From positions 2,714 through 66,713 of the forward strand of contig NZ_JAJFUC010000089.1 in the NCBI RefSeq assembly GCF_021372645.1: a stretch of 64,000 nucleotides of DNA, written 5' to 3'. Source of the DNA: Clostridium sp. (GTDB lineage Bacteria; Bacillota; Clostridia; Clostridiales; Clostridiaceae). A program made the position numbers and the translations under genes. Below the pieces are notes generated by a model. That model made no database searches. It worked only from the letters and a program-made list of their open reading frames with translations, and was not told the DNA's origin. Positions 32,418 to 41,048 of the stretch are shown here, piece by piece; position 1 is the first letter of the stretch; every line of letters starts with the position of its first letter.

Positions 32418-32565
32418 CAATTCACAGTTCCAGATAGATAATTACGGTACAATTTCTATTGGAAATTGACTAATAAAAAAGACCCACTAATCAAATCGTA
32501 GCTTTGATTAGTGAGTCTTTTTTATTTCAAATCCAATTAGAGATTTGTTCATTTATTGTCAATTG
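32418..32565. mobile_element. Degenerate ~148-bp relative of the 12386-12529 element, enclosing the pyk/rpsA terminator
   Basis: Right end ttcatttattgtcaattg vs ttcattaattgtcaattg (17/18). Left end caattcacagt vs caattgacaat (9/11). Shared aaatc...gagattt submotif. Confidence 0.5.
32472..32526. terminator. Bidirectional terminator between convergent pyk and rpsA
   Basis: 24-bp arms with one mismatch (AATAAAAAAGACCCACTAATCAAA / TTTGATTAGTGAGTCTTTTTTATT); A- and T-tracts on both sides. Confidence 0.9.
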
Positions 32566-32574
32566 ATTTAAATT

Positions 32575-33729
32575 CTACTCAAATTTAAACCCTTTAAGTA
32601 AATCACCTAAAGATGTTCCTTCTTCTTCATCAGTATCAACATAATTAAGATACTCTTTATTGCTTTCTGTTGCACCTTTAATACTTAAAGCTATTTTCTT
32701 ATCTTCTTTATTAAAAGTTAATACCTTTACTTTTACTTTTTGATTAACTTCTAATATATCTGAAGGTTTTGCAATATGTTCATCTGTAATTTCTGATATA
32801 TGTACTAATCCTTCTATACCATCAAATAATTCAATAAATGCTCCAAATGTAGTAAGACGTACAACTTTACCTTCTAGCAAATCCCCTTCTTTAATGTCTT
32901 CACTATGAACTGTCCATGGTTCTTTAGTTACATCTTTTAATATTAGCGATAATCTTTCCTTTTCCTTATCTACATTTCCTATGAATACTTCGACTTTGTC
33001 GCCTTCTTTAACTACATCTTCTGGCCTATTTACTCTTTCCCATGATAGATCTGAGATATGAATTAACCCCTCTACTCCACCAATATCTACAAATGCACCA
33101 AATTTAACTAGTTTTTTAACAACACCATTTCTTTTTTCGCCTTCAATCAAACTATCCCATATACTTTTTTTGTTTTTGTTGTATTCTTCTTCTTCAATAA
33201 CTCTTCTCGATCCTACAACTTTTTTATTTCTAAAATCTAATTCTGTAATTCTAATTTCTAATTCTTTTCCTACCAAAGTGCTAAGCTCAATTCTTTCTCT
33301 GCTTGCAAGTGAACCTGGAATAAAGACTCTTACATTGCCATAATAAGCAATTACACCACCTTTAGTTTCTTCTTTGACTTTAACAGTAATATTTTTTTGT
33401 TCTTTAAAAGATTTCTCTATTTCTTCCTTTTCTTTTATTTCTAATACTCTTACTAATGAAAGCTCAACATATCCTTCTCCATCGTTTGGAGATATAACAT
33501 ATACATCAATTTCATCATCTTTACTAACTACTTCCCTAGGATCTTTTTCATCTGATGATAATTCCTCTTTAGATATTAATCCATCAAAAGCATAGTTTAT
33601 ATTAACTGAAACCTCTTTATCATTTACATCTATTACTTTGCCTTTTAAAATGTCTCCCCTATTCAATCTCTTCACATCATACTCATTTAAAAGTTCACTC
33701 ATACTGCTCATTGTTTCTTCATTAGACAT
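32575..33729 (-). CDS. rpsA: 30S ribosomal protein S1-like protein (four S1 domains)
   Basis: Repeated S1 motifs (GVVKKLVKFGAFVDIGGVEGLIHISDLSW; GKVVRLTTFGAFIEL..GIEGLVHISEI); acidic C-tail with TSLGDLL. Confidence 0.88.
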   Translation of the reverse strand: MSNEETMSSMSELLNEYDVKRLNRGDILKGKVIDVNDKEVSVNINYAFDGLISKEELSSDEKDPREVVSKDDEIDVYVISPNDGEGYVELSLVRVLEIKEKEEIEKSFKEQKNITVKVKEETKGGVIAYYGNVRVFIPGSLASRERIELSTLVGKELEIRITELDFRNKKVVGSRRVIEEEEYNKNKKSIWDSLIEGEKRNGVVKKLVKFGAFVDIGGVEGLIHISDLSWERVNRPEDVVKEGDKVEVFIGNVDKEKERLSLILKDVTKEPWTVHSEDIKEGDLLEGKVVRLTTFGAFIELFDGIEGLVHISEITDEHIAKPSDILEVNQKVKVKVLTFNKEDKKIALSIKGATESNKEYLNYVDTDEEEGTSLGDLLKGFKFE

Positions 33730-34096
33730 TAATCCTCACTCCTTAATTGTTTTATTTTTATTCTACTTATAATATTAATCTAATAAAAACGTTTATACAA
33801 GTTTATGTTAATGTACTCTGAATGTACTTATTGATATAATTAAATAAAAGCCTTTATACATAAACGTATATTTTTTTCTTTATTGTAAGTATTCTTAGTT
33901 TTAAAATATATATAAAACTTTATCAAGTAGTATTATATACTATTTAAAACTATAAATATTTCTATTATAAGTAAGATATTTAAACCTATAACTGTGATAT
34001 TTAATTGTAGTTATCTTTTTTAGCATTTTTTCGTTGTTTTTCCATATTGTATATAAGTAATCTTTTTTATATAATAAATACATAATCTTTTAAGGG

Positions 34097-34744
34097 GTGA
34101 TCACTATTCATAAGATTAATAAAAAATATGTTCTAGCTATACTTTTAACATTTATATTTACATTTTCAAGTTTACCCTTAGATGCATTATCATTTACAAG
34201 TATAAGTCCATCAGATAGCACAACAGCTTTTGCTAAATCTAGTGGTAGTAAGTCAAGCTCTAGCAGTTCAACGTCAAAAAGTGGATTTAGTTCAGGCTCT
34301 GTTAGCAGTTCATCGAGCAAATCTTCTACTAGTACCAGTAACAATTCAACTAGTTCAAAGAGTGCTGAAGGATTTAAATCAGGTGATTTTTCAAGTGGCA
34401 GTAGTGATTCTAAGGCTAGTACTGATTCAAGTACCTCTTCAAAAAGTGATGGTGCTACGCAGGGTTTTAAGAGTGGTTCATATTCTACAACTGATAAAAA
34501 TAAAAATGAAGATTCTTCAAGTTCTTCTAATACAAATAATAATAAAAGCAATAATACTCAGACCTATAGTAATGGATCTAACAGGAGCTCCTTCTTTCCA
34601 TTCTTTGGTGGAGGCGGTGGTTTTTACAGACCATTTTATTTTGGCTCAACTTCGAGTTCAATAGTTAATGCTTTAGCTTTAGCTGTAATATTCATATTAG
34701 CTATAATATTAATAAAAATATACTTAAATAAAAAAAGAAAATAA
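34097..34744 (+). CDS. Ser-rich exported/membrane protein, first gene of the pspA operon
   Basis: N-terminal hydrophobic segment, long Ser-rich tract with three GF(K/S)SG motifs, Gly/Phe-rich patch and C-terminal TM + KKRK. No in-frame ATG; start is GTG 34097 or ATT 34106. Confidence 0.75.
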   Translation: MITIHKINKKYVLAILLTFIFTFSSLPLDALSFTSISPSDSTTAFAKSSGSKSSSSSSTSKSGFSSGSVSSSSSKSSTSTSNNSTSSKSAEGFKSGDFSSGSSDSKASTDSSTSSKSDGATQGFKSGSYSTTDKNKNEDSSSSSNTNNNKSNNTQTYSNGSNRSSFFPFFGGGGGFYRPFYFGSTSSSIVNALALAVIFILAIILIKIYLNKKRK

Positions 34745-34765
34745 TAAATATTAGGAGGTATTAAC

Positions 34766-35416
34766 ATGGGAATTTTTACAAGAATGTCAAATATGATTAA
34801 AGGAAAGGTAAATTCTACATTAGATAATATGGAAAATCCAGTTGAATTATTAGATCAAAAATTAAGAGATATGGACGAGCAATTTAATAAAGCTAAGTTA
34901 AGTTCAGCTCAAATTTTAGGTAATGTTCATGAAATAGAAAAGAAGCTAATTGCTGCAAAAAAAGAAACTGAAGATTATGAGCAAAAGGTAAAATTAGCTT
35001 TAAGTAAAGGAAATGAAGAATTAGCTAAAAGGGCTTTAGCTAAAAAAATTGAAACAGATAAAAAGATCTCTTCATTACAAGCAAGCTATGATAATTCAAA
35101 AATTCAAGCAGATACATTAAAAGCAAATCTTCGTGCTTTAGAAGAAGAAATCACAAAAACTAGAAACTACAGAGACGAAGCTGCTGCAAGATACGCAAAT
35201 GCTGAAGCATCTCAAAAAGTTAATGAAATACTTGCTAATGTACAAACTAAAAGTGATTCAATCAAAATTGATAGTATAGAAAGAAACATTCAAAGAAAAG
35301 AATCCCTTGCTCAAGGCTTAGGAGAATTAAGAGACTTAGACAATTTTGACAGTGAATTTGAAAAATTGGATGAGGTTGACTTAGACCTTGAATTAGCAAA
35401 ATATAAAACTAACTAG
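34766..35416 (+). CDS. pspA: PspA/IM30 (ESCRT-III-like) family protein
   Basis: MGIFTRMSNMIKG, ENPVELLDQKLRDM, GNEELAKRAL, coiled coil, C-terminal LDLELAKYK. Confidence 0.92.
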   Translation: MGIFTRMSNMIKGKVNSTLDNMENPVELLDQKLRDMDEQFNKAKLSSAQILGNVHEIEKKLIAAKKETEDYEQKVKLALSKGNEELAKRALAKKIETDKKISSLQASYDNSKIQADTLKANLRALEEEITKTRNYRDEAAARYANAEASQKVNEILANVQTKSDSIKIDSIERNIQRKESLAQGLGELRDLDNFDSEFEKLDEVDLDLELAKYKTN

Positions 35417-35424
35417 GAGATAAT

Positions 35425-36084
35425 ATGGATATTGGTAAAGATATTGATTTTATAAATGAAGAAAGAAGACATTGGGGAAAGGTTTATACTGATGTAGCTT
35501 ATGCTATAAGCGAAATATCCCCCTTTGTCTCGGAAAGAGATTTAACTATAAGAAAATATTTTACTAAGGCATCACTACTTCAAGAATACACTAAACTTTT
35601 AGATTCTGCTGAAGCTGACTGCAAAAAGAAATCTTTATTTTCAATGTTTAAATCTAATTCAAGCATTACCCTAATTAAAGACTTTAAGGCTAAAAATAAA
35701 GATAATTTTAAGCAATTGGAGAAATGCTCTAATTGTGAATGCTTAAACTGTACTTTTGAATGTAATTTCAAAAAATGTTCAAGCTGTAGAAGTGGATCTA
35801 TGATTTGCTCTTGTGATAAAGAAAGAGTTAATGTAAGAAAATTTGAAAATTTCACATTAGATCTTACTAACAATGATACTGGAAGATCTTCAAAATATAA
35901 AACTTTAGCTGTTGTTGAAGATTGTACATTAGATAATTTATACATTTTACTAGAAAATATAACTAATTCCAGTGATAAATTAGTGCTATACTATTATCCA
36001 GGAATTAAGGAAGACTCTTATGGTGAAATAACAGATGCTACTGAATTTGATTTTGTAGTTGAAACTTATCAAAGTGCAGAATAA
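35425..36084 (+). CDS. Cys-rich protein with DUF1292-like C-terminal domain
   Basis: 9 Cys in 30 residues (35725-35814). C-terminal GEITDATEFDFVVETY resembles the DUF1292 ending. 8 nt after pspA. Confidence 0.7.
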   Translation: MDIGKDIDFINEERRHWGKVYTDVAYAISEISPFVSERDLTIRKYFTKASLLQEYTKLLDSAEADCKKKSLFSMFKSNSSITLIKDFKAKNKDNFKQLEKCSNCECLNCTFECNFKKCSSCRSGSMICSCDKERVNVRKFENFTLDLTNNDTGRSSKYKTLAVVEDCTLDNLYILLENITNSSDKLVLYYYPGIKEDSYGEITDATEFDFVVETYQSAE

Positions 36085-36147
36085 TTGATTCTCTAAATAT
36101 AGGTATTGTGGAATATCGATGTCCAAGCTTATACGTATAACCTACTA

Positions 36148-36197
36148 AAATAAAGGATACTCTAATGTAACATGGAACAAAAGAGTATCCTTTATTT
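36148..36197. terminator. Terminator between the pspA operon and the convergent CBS gene
   Basis: Perfect 16-bp inverted repeat AAATAAAGGATACTCT / AGAGTATCCTTTATTT. Confidence 0.85.
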
Positions 36198-36350
36198 CTG
36201 GTATTATTTATATTAAAGGTATAAGTGCAATTTATAAACTAGATACATATAGTGCACCTTAAATTTACACTAATCAATAGTAACCTTAAAGTTTTAATAT
36301 TACTGCAAGTATTTTTATATTTCATGATACATATATTAGTGAAAGTTATC

Positions 36351-36800
36351 TTACCCTTCATCATACATGGAAAAATGTTGTATTTCTAAAGCTTTCCTCT
36401 TTTCCATTTCATTGAAACAATAATGTATTATATCACTTCTTTTTATTATTCCTATAAAGGTTCCATTATCATCAGTTACTGGCACAAAATTTTGGTTCAC
36501 TGCTAATGATATTAGGCTTTCTATATTAGAAGTTATAGACACAGATTTGTGTGTTATTCTCTTAGGTATATCTTTAACTTTTACAGATTCAGTATTCTTA
36601 AAATCTAAATTATGAGTATCTTTTAATTTCCATAGTAAGTCCCCTTCTGTTAATGTTCCCACATATTTTCCTTCTTTATCTATAATTGGTATTGCTGTAT
36701 AACTGTATTTCTCCATTTTCTCTATAACTTGTTTCATTGTTGCATCTTGATTTTCGCATATTACTTCATTTTTAGGTGTAAGAAAAAAGGCTATATTCAT
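36351..36800 (-). CDS. Tandem CBS-domain protein (YkuL-like)
   Basis: MNIAFFLTPK, YTAIPII...GKYVGTLTEGDLLW, FVPVTDDNGTFIGIIKRSDII. Confidence 0.9.
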   Translation of the reverse strand: MNIAFFLTPKNEVICENQDATMKQVIEKMEKYSYTAIPIIDKEGKYVGTLTEGDLLWKLKDTHNLDFKNTESVKVKDIPKRITHKSVSITSNIESLISLAVNQNFVPVTDDNGTFIGIIKRSDIIHYCFNEMEKRKALEIQHFSMYDEG

Positions 36801-36924
36801 AAATAAAATCCTTTCCTTAATGTATTTATTTTATTTTTGTTTACAAATGTATTTTACCACATTTTAAGTCGAAATCCTTTAAAAAAATTATTACTTATCC
36901 ATGAATATTTATTAAAATTGATTT

Positions 36925-37830
36925 TTAATCACCATATTTCTCTAATTTGTAAATGTAATTCAAATATGTTTCATTTTTTAGAATACTATTAACTTCACTA
37001 TACCCTTCTTCTCCTTGAAGAGTTTTCTTCACTATAACTTCACACAAAACATTACTTTTACATTTAGGGCATGTACCAACTGCTGCGAATCTCCAATTTA
37101 AAAGTTTTATTGGCGTTTCTAGTTCAACTTTCTTTCCGCATTTAGGGCACTTTAACATTAATTTCTCTTCATCAATTTTCACATTTTCAAGATTTGATAC
37201 ATGTATTGCCGGCATATTATATATATCTTTAACTAAATAATTACCAATCGCTCTAGAATTGTATACCCTTCTAAATACCTCTACTGTGTATTTAGCATCA
37301 TTTAATGCATCATGTAATTTTGTATCATCTACCTTAATTTTCAGTTCATCTAAAGCTGATTTAAGCCCTAATGCTTTCTTATGAGCTAAAACTTTAGTTG
37401 CATATTCTTGAATATCTAAATATTCATCTAACCAACTTAAATCCGTATAATTATATTCATTAGCATTTATAATCAATTCTACCACATCATCTTTTGCCCA
37501 TGAGCAAAGGACATCACCTTCTTCAAACATATCTTTAAGTTTGTTTATAGCTTCCTCAAAAGGTATTCCCTTTTCACTCAGTATATCCATGTCTATTTTA
37601 GTAATTTCAGTTACTATAGGATTAATTACAGGAAACACTGAAGGTTTTACATATTCTCTAATTTCGCTTATAGGTTTCATATATTTATCTACTTTTACAG
37701 CTCCTATTTCTATAATCTCATTTTCTAACCCTACTGAAGCAAAATCTCCATGTGTTTCAAAAAAATCCTTGTAATAATTAGTTATGTTTTTTAAATTGTT
37801 AAACTCTAAATCAATAATAATGTACCCCAT
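36925..37830 (-). CDS. DEDDh 3'-5' exonuclease with C-terminal zinc ribbon
   Basis: DLEFN (Exo I), WAKDD (Exo II), HDALNDA (Exo III); CPKC...CPKC. Confidence 0.88.
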   Translation of the reverse strand: MGYIIIDLEFNNLKNITNYYKDFFETHGDFASVGLENEIIEIGAVKVDKYMKPISEIREYVKPSVFPVINPIVTEITKIDMDILSEKGIPFEEAINKLKDMFEEGDVLCSWAKDDVVELIINANEYNYTDLSWLDEYLDIQEYATKVLAHKKALGLKSALDELKIKVDDTKLHDALNDAKYTVEVFRRVYNSRAIGNYLVKDIYNMPAIHVSNLENVKIDEEKLMLKCPKCGKKVELETPIKLLNWRFAAVGTCPKCKSNVLCEVIVKKTLQGEEGYSEVNSILKNETYLNYIYKLEKYGD

Positions 37831-37848
37831 ATCTATCCCTTTCTAAAG

Positions 37849-39639
37849 TTAAATTTCTATCCCTGCAAGCTTCATTAAATGAATTGCATTTTGTGTCTCA
37901 CTCTTTCCATTTCTTAATATATAATCAAATTTAATTTTATCATTTTTATAGAACTCTCTAAAGCTATAATTTATTATACTTCTGTTTTCTTTTTCTAAAT
38001 CACATAATTCTAAATCATGAGTAGATACAAGCCCTACTCCTCCATATTGAATTAATTGTTTAATTAGTACTCTAGCTCCAATATGCCTATCCATAGAATT
38101 AGTTCCTTTAAATATTTCATCCAAAAGAAAAAATATCTTTTCCCCTCTTTTACATGCTTCTATTAATATTTTTATTCTTAAAATTTCTGCATAAAATGAT
38201 GAAATACTTTCTTCTAAATTATCTTTTGTTCTCATGCAAGTATAAATATTCATGATTCCACAAGAGAATTTATCTGCACATACTGGCGCTCCTATATAAC
38301 TAAGAAGTAAATTTACACCTAAGGTTCTTAAGAATGTACTTTTGCCAGACATATTAGAACCTGTAATTAGTGATACCTTTTTTTCTCCTTTTAATGAAAA
38401 TGTGTTTCTAACTGCTTTCTTTCCAAGCAGCGGATGACCTATATTACTTCCTTGTATTTCATTTTCATTTAAAATGACGGGATAAGTCCAATTTTCGTTT
38501 TCAAAAGAAAGAATACTTATACTACTTAATGCATCAATCTCATGCATTACTGCAAGCCATTCTTCAAGTTTCTCACCATTTCTTTCTCTCCATTTTTCTA
38601 AACTTCTTATTAAAAATACATCTGAAAATAAAAATACATTTAATATTAAATAATATGCATTATATGCACTATTACCTGCCCAATCTAATATATTTGAGAA
38701 TTTTTTCATTTCTTCTTTACAGCTTAACTTTTCATTTTTTAATTTATTATTTAAATTTTTTAAATATAAACAATCAAATTTTTCCTCTTCTATTAAACAT
38801 AAAATTTTACTATATCCCTCTACACTATTTTTTATGGATTCAAACAATCTAAGTTCTTTTCCCATACTCTTCGACAACATCTTTACAACAATAAAATTCA
38901 CCATAAAGTCTAAAATTAAAAATGACTCTGGTATTATTCCTTTAATTGCTAAATATATTGAAAAAATAGTAGCTAGCATAAAAGTACAAGCAATTGCTAC
39001 TCTTAAAGGACTTGAAGATTCTTTGTCCTTGCTCCATTTAATTAAAGTATTTAAATCCATATCTTTTGATTTCTTTAAGCTACCTTCAACAATTATTTTT
39101 TGTCTCCATGCAGCTTTTTTTCCCAGCTCTCTTGTAGCTTCTTGCCTTTCTTTTATCTCATTATCACTTAAAGCCTTTTCTCTTTTTAATAATTTTGCTA
39201 ATTCCGCTCTTCCACCTTTAGTAATTGTAGTATTAATGTATTGAAAAATCGAATTATTACCAAACACATCTAAATCATTTATAAATGAATGTTCATTATC
39301 TAAATATTCTGATCCATTATCTTTAAAATTTTTAAACTCTCCAACTAGTCTTTTAAGCCCCGTTTCATTAATATTTATTAGCAAATCAACTCTTTTTTTA
39401 TATTCAAATATATTATTATGATAAAATACTAAAACTAAAAAAATGATTATAAAAAATATGGTTACAACCAAAATCAATGTTATTTTATTTTGTCTATATA
39501 AAAAATAATCAACTAACACACATAATATTACTACAACTAATCTACTCCATCCAACTATACTTACTTTAGTACTTATAGCACTACTTTCTTGACTATTGTT
39601 TTCTATATTATTTTTATAAAATTCTTCTGCTAAACTCAT
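37849..39639 (-). CDS. Membrane-anchored MutS-like ATPase (domain V, no mismatch-binding domain)
   Basis: Several hydrophobic segments in the N-terminal half; Walker A GSNMSGKST, SSFYAE, Walker B LDEIFKGTN, STHD. Confidence 0.87.
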   Translation of the reverse strand: MSLAEEFYKNNIENNSQESSAISTKVSIVGWSRLVVVILCVLVDYFLYRQNKITLILVVTIFFIIIFLVLVFYHNNIFEYKKRVDLLININETGLKRLVGEFKNFKDNGSEYLDNEHSFINDLDVFGNNSIFQYINTTITKGGRAELAKLLKREKALSDNEIKERQEATRELGKKAAWRQKIIVEGSLKKSKDMDLNTLIKWSKDKESSSPLRVAIACTFMLATIFSIYLAIKGIIPESFLILDFMVNFIVVKMLSKSMGKELRLFESIKNSVEGYSKILCLIEEEKFDCLYLKNLNNKLKNEKLSCKEEMKKFSNILDWAGNSAYNAYYLILNVFLFSDVFLIRSLEKWRERNGEKLEEWLAVMHEIDALSSISILSFENENWTYPVILNENEIQGSNIGHPLLGKKAVRNTFSLKGEKKVSLITGSNMSGKSTFLRTLGVNLLLSYIGAPVCADKFSCGIMNIYTCMRTKDNLEESISSFYAEILRIKILIEACKRGEKIFFLLDEIFKGTNSMDRHIGARVLIKQLIQYGGVGLVSTHDLELCDLEKENRSIINYSFREFYKNDKIKFDYILRNGKSETQNAIHLMKLAGIEI

Positions 39640-39966
39640 AAGTCCTCCTATATTACTTTATTCTTATTATTAACATCAAGTTTTACATTATCTATTATTA
39701 TTAACTCTTACTATTCTATTTTACGTTATTAGAAAAATGTGTCAATTACTTACCTTACAATTATTAATTTTATTTTTAGCAATAAAGCAGATTACTCAAT
39801 TGTATTTAATGTCCTCGGATACATAAAAAATACCCGTAGAACATTTTACTGTCCCACAGGTATTATAATAATCCTGTTGCCTATTGGCCCAGCACTACGA
39901 ATTAAGACACATGTAATAATGAAACTAATCTATTTTGCATCATATGCCTATTTATCATTATTGCAA

Positions 39967-40863
39967 TTACTCTTTTGATAGACAACTATATATTTCATCT
40001 AAGTTATATCTCATAGCTTGTAGATAATCCTTATCATCTTCTTTAGATTCTAATGTTAATATTGGTACAACTTCTGCTTTAACTTCTTTTGCCAAAGTTT
40101 CTGAAACTTTAGGACTTGCTAGTGATTCTGAAAACACAGTCTTTATGTTATTTTCCTTGCAAAAATTAACTAAATCTTCTAATTGTTTTGGAGTTGGCTC
40201 TCCTTCAGCAAATAGATTTTCTACTGATTTTTGTGTTAATCCAAAATCTCTACATAAATATCCAAAGGCAACATGACCTGTTATAAAATTCTTTTTATTT
40301 AATGTATCAAATTTAGGTTTATACTCGTTATATAAATTTTCTAGTTCTTCTTTAAATTTCTTATAATTCTCTTCATAGTAATCTTTATTTTTTTCATCTA
40401 TTTTAACAAAAGTATTTTTTATATTTTCAGATTGTATTTCTGCATTTTTTAAGCTTAACCAAATATGAGGATCAATAGCATTTTCTTCTTTTCTACTTTC
40501 AATGCCTGCACTTGAGTCAAGGATGACTACATCTTTACCTTTAATAACTTCATTAACTTGATCTACCCATGACTCAATACCTAATCCATTATAAATGAAG
40601 GCCTTACTCTTAGTTAAATCTTCAAAATCTCTAGTTTTAGGTTCATAATCATGCGGTTCCATATTTTCTGGCACCAAACAAGTAACCTCTACTTTATCTC
40701 CACCAATTTTCTCTGCGAATTCTTTCAATGGATATATTGAAACAGTAATCTTTAACTTATTATTTGTTGTGTTTTGTGTTGTAGTTCCTGTCTTAGCTCC
40801 ACACCCTATTAGCATTACCCCCATTAATATAGCTAACGTACCTGAAACGATTTTCTTTATCAT
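39967..40863 (-). CDS. Metal (Zn/Mn) ABC transporter substrate-binding lipoprotein, ZnuA/AdcA-like
   Basis: Lipobox LIGC; EPHDYEP, DPHIWL, GHVAFGY, EGEPTP. Confidence 0.92.
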   Translation of the reverse strand: MIKKIVSGTLAILMGVMLIGCGAKTGTTTQNTTNNKLKITVSIYPLKEFAEKIGGDKVEVTCLVPENMEPHDYEPKTRDFEDLTKSKAFIYNGLGIESWVDQVNEVIKGKDVVILDSSAGIESRKEENAIDPHIWLSLKNAEIQSENIKNTFVKIDEKNKDYYEENYKKFKEELENLYNEYKPKFDTLNKKNFITGHVAFGYLCRDFGLTQKSVENLFAEGEPTPKQLEDLVNFCKENNIKTVFSESLASPKVSETLAKEVKAEVVPILTLESKEDDKDYLQAMRYNLDEIYSCLSKE

Positions 40864-40878
40864 ATTATACCTCCGTTT

Positions 40879-40900
40879 TGCATCTGATTTGCATTTGCAA
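40879..40900. promoter_or_regulatory. Candidate metalloregulator operator (TGCA-N7-TGCA plus a third TGCA)
   Basis: TGCA at 40879, 40890 and 40896, between the promoter and the SD of the Zn-binding lipoprotein gene. Confidence 0.4.
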
Positions 40901-40911
40901 CTCTGTTTATC

Positions 40912-40940
40912 ATATTACTGCTAAAGTTTAAATATGTCAA
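40912..40940 (-). promoter_or_regulatory. SigA-type promoter of the metal-binding lipoprotein gene
   Basis: TTGACA-N17-TAATAT. Confidence 0.55.
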
Positions 40941-41048
40941 GATAAGCTAAATTTTAATAATACTGATTATTTTATTCATATCCTTTTATATTGCACTTAC
41001 AATAAGGAATATAAAAAAATAAATTAAAGATGCAATATATATTATGCC

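Noticed and set aside
34108-34664. Overlapping ORFs 34108-34551 (-) and 34230-34664 (+)
   Set aside because: Shadows of the Ser-codon-rich real gene, which lacks stop codons in alternate frames; no SD and no recognisable motifs.
39739-39978. 79-aa plus-strand ORF between the MutS-like and Zn-lipoprotein genes
   Set aside because: No SD or motif; overlaps the lipoprotein stop region.
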